64,000 bases of DNA from Amoebophrya sp. A120 (taxonomy: Eukaryota; Protista; Dinoflagellata). Positions 48,001 to 58,574 of the stretch are shown in pieces. The stretch spans positions 10,134,381-10,198,380 of the forward strand of contig CAJINV010000004.1 in the NCBI GenBank assembly GCA_905178155.1. Reading direction: 5' to 3'. Numbering within the stretch: the stretch's first letter is position 1; each line of letters starts with the position of its first letter. The translations under genes and the position numbers were made by a program. The notes under the pieces were generated by a model. It ran no database searches. It was not told the DNA's origin and saw only the letters and a program-made list of their open reading frames with translations.

Positions 48001-51000
48001 GGGTAAAAATCTTGGTGATTTCAAGTTTATATGTCATGCTCTTCTAACTACTGCAGCCCAACTACTTATTCATATTAACCAGGGCGTCCTCGGGGAGGAG
48101 ACTGATGTCGCTGCACTAGTAAAAGCCAACAAAAACAAGCTGCACGGCTCGAACGCTGCAGAGCGTCCAAGATGATGAAAGTTGTCATGCGTAACAAGAA
48201 CTACCCGGAGTTTGTTTTACTTCCTTTGTGTAGTACGTATAGCAAAAATCATGTTATGTAGGATCGTTTTGACAATGAGGCGGGTACGTTTCATATTTTC
48301 GAGAGGATATTACAACGTGAGTGACCCCCAAGACTTGGACGCCCCGGACCAGGAGAAGCAGGAGGTCTTTCAGACCCATGCCCCGACCTTGTATCGCGTT
48401 GCCATACGGGATTCTCAAACGTTACAGTCTCAACTGGTGTTGCACGATTTATAATGATGCAAAATGGCCATCAGTAGGTACATGATCAGGCTGCCTCGCA
48501 TGTTGACAAGTTGAAGTTCCCGACGCGCCAAATAGCATTAGACAGAATCTGTGTAGTCAAACCTGTGATGCACAATAAAGCGCAAGCCCAAGCTCCCCAT
48601 TTTCGCCTACGCTTTTCTTTGCGATTCTTGCATTACAAATTCATGTAAAAACATCTGAGAAGGTAACCGATTTGAGAACTCCATATGCCAAGGGTGGTAT
48701 TTTGAAAGAGGTTGGCGGGAAGGGCTATGGGGGTGTCAGGATCTTCGAAATCGACAAAATCGAATTCGAAAAATTTGTAATGCATAAAATGTAAGGCACG
48801 CATTGCCAGTATTGGGGAGCTGCAGGCAATTGAGACCGATTGCAAGCCTGTTCTTTGGGGGAAGACGATGCGCTGCGAGAGTAGCATGACAGGAGCAGAA
48901 GTCTTCTTTGCCCAAACAGTGCGGCAGATTGGATTTTGGTCCTTCCATAATTTGTCCTGCGCCGTTCTTTGGAAACTGAGGCTCCAGGTGGTATCGATTT
49001 GTATGCATCACAAGTCATTTCGATATTTGTTGATTCCGATCCTGACGCCTCCATAAGGGCAGCTGGTTCAATATTAAAAAAGCCGACTCCGAAATTGCAG
49101 CGCGCCTCGAAAGCCTAGTCGCGGAGACCTCTGAAGGTAAAGATGGCTATATTTGGTGGGAGCTGCAGCTTGGCTTGTTCTTCTATGGCGTTCTCAAATG
49201 TTACATTCTCAACCGTTACATGATTTGTCATGCAAAATTCCTGAAGGGCCAAACAGGCTGGGGAACTGTTCCAAATCTGTCATGCAAGACACGCAAGGTC
49301 ACCCCGTCCACTTTTTCAATTCTTGCATCACAAATTCATGTTCCCGCGCCTGCGGAGGCTTGCCTCCCCAGCGATAATGGACAATGGCAATGTCGGCGCG
49401 GTTGTTTTAGATCACAAATAATAGTTGAGAATGTAACAGTTGAGCGCACCATATCTTCCATTTTCAATTTTTTCCGCTGACGGTTGACGACCATAAAGGG
49501 AAAACACCACTGGACCCCTGGACACCTGCAGTCCGTCCCCTGCATATGACGCTGCTCTCAAACGTTACATCCTCAAGTGTTACATGAATTTTGCAATTTT
49601 TGCAATAATTCTTGCATTTACTATAATAGTAATGCAAGAATTGCAAAACTGGCCAGGGATATTTTCATCCGTCCTCGTCTTGCATACAAATTTGGAACGG
49701 ATTTCGATGCTATTTTTTCATTACCCTTTCGCCTTCAAGAATTTGTCATGCAAGCCAGCGTTATGGTGTGGAACTGGAAGCTGATAGCAATTTTGCATGA
49801 CAAATCATGCACAGCTGACAATGTAACGCTTGAGACCTCCATACTGCAAAGGGTGCGCGTGAACGTGAAAGCCAGGAACCCAGCGCAGAGCGGGGCTATG
49901 CATTGCAAAAGTATCGTACTAGTATAAATCGCATGACAAATTTCCTCAGCATCAGAAATAAAATTTGTCATGCGGATTTAGCTTCAGAAAAAAATTTGTA
50001 ATGCATGGTTGCGATTACTACGAGTACGATACTTTTGCACAGGATAGGGGCCTACTGGCTACGACTCGTCGATGATGGGGATGCTCCGCCCGACACAGAG
50101 GTTGACCATCTCCACGACATGGAGTACACTTTGGAAAGGGATTGGGCATTCGACCGCGATATTCCAGAAGTATGAAATGCAAATATGTCTGGGTCTGGAA
50201 GATTTGGAGAGTTTGTCATGCAAATTGTACATGGCGTCCGATGCCTGCAATGCATTATTCTCTAGCATCACAGCTTTCATCGCATAGGTTTGCTCATGCC
50301 TATTCCGCATGAGAAGTGCCCTCTTTGAGTAGCAACAATCTGAGCGCCTTTTGCCTCTCATGCAATACAGATTTTTGTGTGATCGACAGCTAGCATCACA
50401 AATCACATTCTTTCCAGACCCAGACACTTTTGCATTTGATAAGAAGCGATCGCCAGCAAGGTGTACGACAGTACCAGAGCGGTGCTGCTGAAAGAGAAAG
50501 CGAACGATGTGGAGACAAACGCGGAGGAAGAGATTCAGCGAAGGCGCATGCTTGCCGGCGAATCCTCCTTCTCCATCCAAAACCGAGTGGTTGACTTGCA
50601 CTCCGGCGCCCCTGACCTTTTCCCGGACTACATGGAAAAATCTCCAAAAAAGCTGGGCAGGACCATCATCCCTAACCCCGTGCACTATTTCAAGAAGTCG
50701 GCGAACAGTGTGAAACGCCGCTTCGCCCAGCGCCGGTTGGCTCAGGCCACGCAGAAAAAGGAGGCGGCAGAAAACCGCTCCGAGGCCAAGATCGAGGCGC
50801 TAGCGTTGAAGGTCAAGAAACTGGCGAGCGGCGCGTTGTCCACCAGATTCAGTGGGGGACCGGCTCCTTCTGAAGTAGAACACGGTGACCAAGAGGACAT
50901 CGTCTTGCGCCCGGAGGATGTTTATCGTAGGGGAAAATTGTCCCTCCTCCCGATTATACTGAAAAAGTGCGCTAGTGAAAATTTGCAATGTGAATGTTGA

Positions 51001-54000
51001 TTTGTGACCACAAATCGACGACGTTCCTGTCTTGCAAGAAGGCAACTACCCGCCCACAAAGTCCGCCGCAATATGTATGCAGGCTGTTATTTGTGATGTT
51101 GGTGGCCATATAGCGCTAGTAGGGCGGACATCTACCATGCGAAGTTCCTACGTTGCGATATCCCTAGTAAGTACCCAGGCTTAGACTTTGCCTACAGATA
51201 CAGAAGTCCCCAACTTCTGCAAGACAAAACTGATTTGCGTACGCGGCAAGAAACCCCGCCGCGTGATAGATTTCGATGCTTAGATCGGTGCGATATTTTT
51301 GGGGCGGGGGGGATTTTTCGTTCTGATATTGTGGAGGGGTTCGAGGTATCTTTGATCCAAGACGGTGGTCTGCTCTTCTTACCTCAAAACGGGAACCGCG
51401 AGTGGCACAACAGCGACCCTTTCGATAAAGACAGAAAGAGAAAGTTCGCGGACAAGGTGAATATGGGACTCTCTGACATTACGTTCTCATCTGTTACATA
51501 ATTTGTCATGCAAAATCAGCATCAACAACAAGAACAACATCCACACGGTGAAGCTACTTGTTCGCATGACAAATTTATGTTTATCTGCAAGGGGTAAGTA
51601 AACACGGAGTTTTTGAATCGCATCAGAAGAAGGATCTTCATACGCACGAGCAACCCACGCCAAAACAATAAAGACCACGAGGCTGCGTCATTTTTCCTTC
51701 ATGATTTTTTTGCGTTTTTTCTTCTTTTTTGTCATCATGAAAAATCTGGAGCAACCGAGAGCATTCGGAGCGGGTTCGGCTTTTCTGTCGCCTACCGCGA
51801 GCTTCTTTGAGCACGACACTCCATCTTTGCATTTCTTTGCCATTCTTGCATTACAAATTCGGAAAGGTGCCCTATGTGTTGCGTTTGTGGTTTCGGTCGG
51901 TTTAGCATTACAAATTCATGTAACAGTTGGCAGTGTAACAATTGAGAATCCCATAGTGCAGGCGCTCGACCTCGGGGGGATGGCGTTCTCTGAAGGACCG
52001 GGCAGGATGAAGGACCGGGTCCCGCTGCAGAAGGCTCAGTTGAAGATCGGCCCTGAGGATCCAAAACGGGAGGGAAGAGATGCGAATGCGGTGCTCGTAG
52101 ATTTCGTCGCGAACATTTGGGACCAGTTCCTGAAGGTGTTGCAGCAGGTGGCCAACTATGAACTGCAAAAGTATCTGTATCGTATTCGCATAATTGCATT
52201 ACAAGTTTCCTCAGCATGAGAAATAAAATTTGTCACGCGGATTTCCCTTACGAAATAAAAAATTTGTAATGTATCATGACTGCAATTAGAATTACTACGA
52301 ACGCGATGCTTTTGCACAGGATACCAACCCGCGGACGACGGTGACGGTGCTCCTCCCTAAGCTCCCCATCAACGTTTCTGATCCCTACAAGAATGCGAAA
52401 AGCATGCATGTGGAACATGCTTCGCATCCGCAACTAAGCCGCGACAAGTCGCTGTACCGAATGCTGCAGGATTATGGATGTGTCAGGTTTGAAATCGTCA
52501 AAGTTGAGATAGTTTGTCATGCATAAAACGGATACCAGTTAGACCTACAGTTTGTAGTCGGCGCATGACAAATTTCCCCGGTCCTGGAAGCGGGTCTGTC
52601 ATGCGGTTAAGGGAAAAAGAGCTGCCTTCTGCTGTACCGATGTAAACGAAGAGATTCCAAAATACGAAATTCTACAACGAAGGCGAACAAATCCCGAGTA
52701 GCGCGATGCTGAGAGTGAGTGCTTTTCGTTTTCAAATAAATACTTGCATTCCACAGAAGGACACTGAGAAAATATTCAAAACAGCATGAGAAATCTTTTC
52801 GCTTTCCGAGTGCCCCAGTTTTGCCGGACTACGGTTTCTCATCGTGTTTGGCTTTCAAATCTCGAAAATCTTGATCAAACATTTTTGGATCTCGTTGTGA
52901 TTTCATCGATAGCTGAGGTTGCAGCATACGCCCCCAAAATCACAAACGAGATTTTTCACACCAAAATACTTCATCACTTCGAAACCCCAAATAAATCCTC
53001 ACTCTATTACTCGATGCGAAAGTTGAATTTCTTCAACGCCTCCACCAATTTACGACGAGAAGGCGCGGGCTTAGTCATCACGTCAGCAGCCATCTCCGTA
53101 GTAGCCACTTTCTTAACGCAAATCACTCCGCGTTCAACGCAGTCCCGTGCGTAGTGCTGGCGGTGGTCGAGGTGTCGCATCTTCTTGCTGTTCCCAGTGT
53201 TTGAACCCTGTACGAAGTCAAACGAACCTTTGTTGTCCTCCTCTACTTCGCTCGGTCCCTTCTGAAGCGTGAAGCGTTTATCGTGTTCCGAAAACCATGC
53301 GAACAGGCTGCGCAAAAATACTACATCCTTGGCGCAGGCTGTGAGCTGGCAGTATTCCGCTTCCGTGGAAGACATTGATTTTTACGTTGTCCAGCATCAG
53401 CTTCGAAGACCAAATCACCAGTGAATTGCTAATCGCGATGAGGTGGCCGCCCGTTGATCGTCCTGTTTCCTTGCATCCCTTCCAGTCGCGGTCCTTGTTG
53501 GCAGAGATTTCGAACGGTGTGGCTGGGTCAGGTGGGCCATACACCGCCCGCGACTTCTTGGTCCCCGCTACGTACCGCATGTAATGCTTCAGGGCTGAAA
53601 CATGTGCGACAAGTGGGCGAGAAACAAATCGCGCAGAGTGTCCCTGGCAAAATGATAAATCCGGTCTCGACATGTTCGGCAAATATCCCAAGGTCCCCAG
53701 GATCTGGCGCTGCAGGTTGTCGGCTGGAGCAAGATCACCTTCGAGGGACAATTTGTTCTCGATCGGGGTCGGCGCGCCCTTCTCCGAAACTCCAAACTTG
53801 CGAGTGAATTTTTCGACATACCGGGCCTGATTGAGAATAATGCACCTGCTTTCGTAGATAATCTGGCAGCCCAAGAACTCACTCAGACGCCCCAAATCAC
53901 GGCAGGGGAACTCCTTCAGGACCATCTTCTTCACCTTTTTGGCTTCATGTTTGTCCTGCGAAAACAAGATCATCAACAAAAACCAGGACGATGGTGATTT

Positions 54001-57000
54001 TCCCATCGCTACTCACGTAGATGTAGATGCACAAATCCGATGGGCATCGGATAAAATTGAACTTGGTAGCCGCGATCTTGTTGAAGTGGGTCGACCAGTA
54101 TTTCGGACTTTTTCGCAATCCGTACAAAGCACGGACAAGCCTCTAAACGTAGCCGCCCGCCATCTTTTCGCGGTCTTCTTCGGTTTTCGGGATCCACCCC
54201 TTCGGTGGGAGGACGTAAATAGCTTCACCCTCTGGAATTTCCGCATGCAAGCAGGAACGCCGTGGAAACGTCGGCGCCTTCCGGCTCCCAACCCATTTTG
54301 CCACAGATAGCAAGCACAGCGCGGAAGCTGTCAGCCATCAAGGTCGGGGCGTAAGTCGAATTGTCACCGGCCTGCGTGTACTGTCTGCAAGAACCCGATG
54401 ACGACGATTCTGGCCTTAGAACGTCCATCATCCTTCAGCGTGAGAATGATCCTGCTAGGGAGTGCGCGCGCTCCCGGTGGTAGTTTCACCCAGACCCATG
54501 ACTGGTCCACCGCGCGGCACTCGGTCCGGATTCCTCCAATCCAGTTTTCTTTGTTTGTTGTATCCGCCATAGCCTCGTTTAGTCCGATTCCAGCACTGTT
54601 AGCGGTTAGATACTTCGCCACGTAGGACGAATCCACTAACTCGTCGCACTTCGCCATTTCTTCCGCCGAAAATGACAAATCCGGCTCGCCCATAAACATC
54701 AGGCTCTCGATCTGATCAGGATCGTCTTCGTCGAAAGTCTTCTTGTCTCCGTCGTTGTGAAGAATTTCTTTGCCTGGTGCGAGTCGGTGCGAAGTTGCGT
54801 TTTTCACCCATGCAACGTCGTAAACTGGCAGAGTCTTGCCGCTCTCAAAATCCAGCACGTTGCAGGCTCTCTTGTCGAAACAATACGACAAAAGTCGACA
54901 GGGTCGGCGTCTCGGTTCAGTTTTGGACTTTTTGTGTTCCGGGTTCAAAACAAGGTAGCAACCCAAGTGCCAAAATTCCTGGAGATGTTTGCTCGTCGGC
55001 GCCACTCCGGTGCGCTCTTCGTGTGGTGATTTGTTTCCCAAAGACGCTCTTGGCATGCGGTTCAAAGTATAGAAAAAATACTTCATCGCGTGCGGCCAGT
55101 ATTCCAAAGGTGCGCCGGAATCGTACAAAATGCACGCAGCGCCCTGGATACCAATGCGGTTCTCCACTTCGACTCCTCCATTGAAATGCGCCAGGTATTC
55201 GGGTGAGCGTCGTGACTGAGTGCCTTGGTTTGTCAGTTCCTCCGCAAACGCCCCCATGAATTCCTTTCCGTTGTCGCTTTTCATAATTCTTGGCTTGTTC
55301 CGGACCTGTAGGTAGCGCCTCAGGTTGCTCCGCGTGCTCGTAGCGTGTTTCGTTTTGCAGAAGGTTGGCACCACGTCAAGGGTATCCAGCTGTTTGAACA
55401 GTTGCAGAAATTTGTTGCCGTCGTTGCTTTCCTGCAAAGGTCCAGCCAGATCCGTGGCCACCGACCACTCCCGCCAGCTGAGTACGGTCGTCAGCCATCG
55501 TTCGCCTGATGCCCTTGCGCTGTCGCTTAGTTCGGTCGCAGGCATCACACTCGCCCGGTGGCAATAGTGGTAAGTGTCCGCAGCGCCAATGCTCCTCCAA
55601 GGTCGTCGCCATAATCCGCACCAAAGAACTGAAGTCGTCGCAAGTTGAAGTAGATGCAGGTCGTGTCTCCGGATCAAACGCGATGTCCGGCACCTTAACA
55701 TCGAGAAAGAACAACCCACCGGACCGAAGGATTGGAACCGTTTCCCCCGGTTTTGAGTTGTGCCACAAGTGTGATTTGTCGGAAGCAAATCTCCATCCGC
55801 CATCTAGCAATCGGGATTCGGATAAAATGTTCTGGGTTAATCGCTCGGAGAAAATTGCCCCAAGCGCAACAATTCCTACTGAAGCACGGTCGAACGACAG
55901 GGAGCGAAGGTGAGCAACATCCACCGAGCACCCACCGCAAATGCCTCGCGATTGTCGCTGTTGGCCCGTTTTGGTAAGAACAAGATCGCTTCGATTCACA
56001 CAGTGGTTGGTGGCTCCACCGTCTAACAGGAATCGAGCTACGCCGTCGACACTCGTAGAAGCACTGAAAACAGCGCCCCCAGAGTTGGGCGTCTGCACAT
56101 ATTCCGCAGGTACCCACTCGGAATCGTCTGGCCCCGAGCTCCCACGGCATGGGAAGTCCACTATGTGCACGTAGTCCGCCCCTGTTTCTACTGTGTAAGC
56201 AGAAAATAGTCAGGGATCTTCTGGGGACCGATCCTTGTCGGCCTTGTTTTTCTCCTCGGTAGCGGCGTTTGCTTTCTCCTTCTTCTTCATTTTCGCAATT
56301 TCCCACCCCGGATGGTAGTTGGGACAATTGCCGCGAAGAACTCTATTGCATTTGTCTTTGTGTTCACATCGCGGTCTGCGATTTTCATCTCCTCCGCCCG
56401 TCGTCGGTTTCTTGCCAAACCTCCCAGCGGCCTGCATCTTGTTCGCCACCTCCTCAATCTGCGTGGAGAGCGTGTTTTCCTTCGTTTCGGTAGAAGCGCC
56501 CCCATTGAGGTTGCCCTTGTGGTAGTAGGCGACAAGTGCATCGCTGACGCTTCGCGACTTGAAATCCCCTCCGATCATCGTCTTCAAGTTCTGCAGCTCA
56601 CTATCATCGACCGAACAGGTGAACAACATATACCAACCCCAGAACTCGCCCGGAAACGGGTCGGAAGTACACCCCAAAGCCACTTTTACGCGCTTGCGGT
56701 AGTCGTTGACCTTTGCGAGGTGGTCGTGGATAGTAGCCTTGCTGGCTCTGCGGTAGAGGAAAAATTCTGCCAAAACACCAAAAACCTGAAATCTTATGTC
56801 GCCCTTGATTTTCTCCTCCAGGATCAAGATCCATCGCAGCGTCGATGGTCAGCGTAGTCGCGTCTTCTGCTCGTTTGACAATCACGGCCCGGCCCTTCTG
56901 TGGAATTGCTGAAAGAAAGTCAGAAACTGTCTCACTGTGCCCGAGCGTGGTCATCTCGCGGCGCCATATGTTCACCAGTTGCGTCCAGGTATCAAGATCT

Positions 57001-58574
57001 TCTTTCCCATCCCACTTTGGCAGTTGCGGACGGTCTTGTTTGGATGGGGCAGCTGTAACAGGCGTCGTGGCAGCGGTGGCGGTCGAGGTTGTTGTAGATG
57101 CAGCAGCGGGAGCAGGTGGGTCGTACGCGTCCAAATCCAAATCCTTCGCGAGTGCTTTAATTTTCAGCCCGATAGCCGTCGTCGCGGCGGCGGCCCCGAA
57201 GTACGAAGTCGCGGTCTCAGGTTTCAAGCATCGCTTCTGGGTGTTGAACACCCGCACAAAGAATTTCTCGCCGTCGTACGCCACATCTTCCTCTCCGTCT
57301 GCTGTGCCATCGGGGCACTTCGTCACAAAAACCTTATCTCGCACCGTGCTGGCCCTCGTGTTGTCCAGGTTGTGCAGGTTGTCGACGAAAATACATTTTT
57401 CCCCGTCTACTGTTACGGTTCTCCCCGCCTTAAAGTATGAAGCCGCTGCCATTTTTGCACTAGTTTCGCAGTGTGACCACTGTAGGTTTTATTTTTAAGT
57501 CCTAAAAAAAATGTAATCTGTGATGCGAAATGCCCACAACTCTATGCTGTACCGATGTAAACGAAGAGACTCCAAAATGCGAAATTCTACAACGAAGTCG
57601 AACAAATCCCGAGTAGCGCGATGTTGAGAGTGAGTGCTTTTCGTTTTCAAATAAATACTTGCACTCCACAGAAGGACACTGAGAAAATAATTCAAAACAG
57701 CATGAGAAATCTTTTCGCTTTCCGAGTGCCCCAGTTTTGCCGGACTACGGTTTCTCGTCGTGTTTGGCTTTCAAATCTCGAAAATCTTGATCAAACGTTT
57801 TTGGATCTCGTTGCGATTTCATCGATAGCTGAGGTTGCAGCACCTTCTGTCATGCTAGTTAGCAGTCCAACTTTTGACCCTTACCAGGACTATATCTATA
57901 ATCTGCCTCCCGTGGGTCCTCTGCAATAGAGTCACGTTTTGTGTCGCATTTTATGCATTACAAATTATTTCAACTTTGACGATTTCAAACCTGACGCTTC
58001 CATAAGGATATGCCGGAGCAGAGCTCCGACTTCGTCCGCGCGACCTCGTTCCCGAATGTGTATTTATATCCTGTGCAAAAGTATCGTACTCGTATTGGTA
58101 TTGCAATCATGCATTACAAATCCTAAGGTAAATCTAAATCCGCATATACAAATTTTATTTCTCATGCTGAGGAAATTTGTAATGCATTTATACCAGTGCG
58201 ACACTTTTGCAATTCATAACTTGAACGTCATGACAACCCTCTTCTCCACGAGGAAGCGTTTCTTGGCACGGTCGCGCATGTCTCCTTCGCTCGCCGGGAA
58301 GCTGCTCAACGGGTTAGCGGGCGCGGGAGCCGGCTTCCTGACCGTCCTGGTTTTCCTGCTTATTTTGTCCCTGGCACTGTTTGTGTTCGTGATGGGCTGG
58401 GCTGGCGGGGCTTTGTGGTTGAGCTGGGTTCTCTTCTTTCCGGCGGTAAGTGGATGGACCATGTTTCCCCTTTTCATCGGTACGGCAATTCTCGACCTTA
58501 CCGTCCTCAACCCGAATGTGAAGCAGCAAATGAAATTGGAAGAGCATTGGAAGTTCAATGGGGTTGAAGAATGA
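36093..58574 (+). CDS. Large hypothetical membrane protein (N-terminal hydrophobic leader and Cys-rich GYEDELYCP module, C-terminal TM helices), about 20 introns including 8.4-kb and 5.5-kb introns
   Basis: Exons join in frame across each mapped introner (e.g. PPLQSWS|QWLRKY over 38958-47344; RMLQD|MPEQ over 52473-58009). Hydrophobic C-terminus 58320-58500. Exon boundaries at 47500-48300 are less certain, so two genes cannot be excluded. Confidence 0.55.
36194..37010. mobile_element. 817-bp TIR element with a 50-bp flanking direct repeat
   Basis: TIR TATGAGG.CCTCAGATGTGAA.TTT (about 55 bp, imperfect); DR 36144-36193 and 37011-37060, 49/50 identical. Confidence 0.85.
37183..37564. mobile_element. 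Degenerate introner
   Basis: TATC...GATA; DR AGGAG/GCCAG; restores KDTG-EKTGVVPWG. Confidence 0.6.
37612..37807 (+). other. Canonical GT-AG intron
   Basis: GAG|GTACGC...TATCAG|GAG keeps frame. Confidence 0.6.
37844..38147. mobile_element. Introner family A, degenerate
   Basis: DR ACCAC. Confidence 0.75.
38228..38570. mobile_element. Introner family B
   Basis: DR CTAGC/TCAGT; frame restored. Confidence 0.7.
38654..38920. mobile_element. Introner family A
   Basis: DR AGTTC/AGCTC; same orientation and subfamily as 991-1257. Confidence 0.85.
43146..43315. repeat. Perfect 170-bp palindrome, no loop, centre CCC|GGG at 43230/43231
   Basis: 85-nt arms are exact reverse complements; imperfect symmetry extends to about 42975-43425. 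Confidence 0.95.
44833..45060. repeat. Degenerate tandem (TTTAGAGGnnnn)n array
   Basis: About 17 copies with 12-14 bp period. Confidence 0.85.
48405..48690. mobile_element. Introner family D
   Basis: DR TGCCA. Confidence 0.8.
48726..49060. mobile_element. Introner family G (TIR TATGG..GTGTCAGG)
   Basis: DR AGGGC. Confidence 0.8.
49184..49458. mobile_element. Introner family D
   Basis: DR TCTTC. Confidence 0.85.
49545..49848. mobile_element. Introner family D
   Basis: DR CTGCA. Confidence 0.8.
49897..50051. mobile_element. Introner family E
   Basis: DR GGGGC; reverse complement of 8066-8220. Confidence 0.85.
50171..50446. mobile_element. Introner family A
   Basis: DR AGAAG. Confidence 0.85.
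50923..51333. mobile_element. Introner family B
   Basis: DR ATGTT/TTGTG; frame restored. Confidence 0.7.
51462..51960. mobile_element. Introner family D, long
   Basis: DR GTGAA/GTGCA. Confidence 0.75.
52157..52328. mobile_element. Introner family E
   Basis: DR CCAAC. Confidence 0.85.
52630..57842 (-). mobile_element. Ty1/Copia LTR retrotransposon, full length, frameshifted
   Basis: LTRs 52630-52926 and 57545-57842 (TG...CA, about 8 substitutions and 1 indel); TSD CCTTC. Minus-strand domain order gag, PR (LLDGGATNH), IN (SDNGKEF), RT (YGLRKSP, VFVDDL), RNase H (SSTEAEY). Confidence 0.92.
53007..57452 (-). pseudogene. Copia gag-pol, broken into several frames
   Basis: Fragments 57452-56604, 56827-56210, 56170-55376, 55803-54364, 54431-54225, 54127-53945, 54006-53278 and 53375-53007. 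Confidence 0.85.
58067..58223. mobile_element. Introner family E
   Basis: DR ATTTA/ACTTG; frame restored (NVYL-NVMTT). Confidence 0.8.

Larger units (their letters stand above)
52473..58009. mobile_element. Introner family G expanded by a Copia insertion
   Basis: DR AGGAT; TIR GTCAGGTTTGAAATCGTCAAAGTTGA. Confidence 0.85.
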
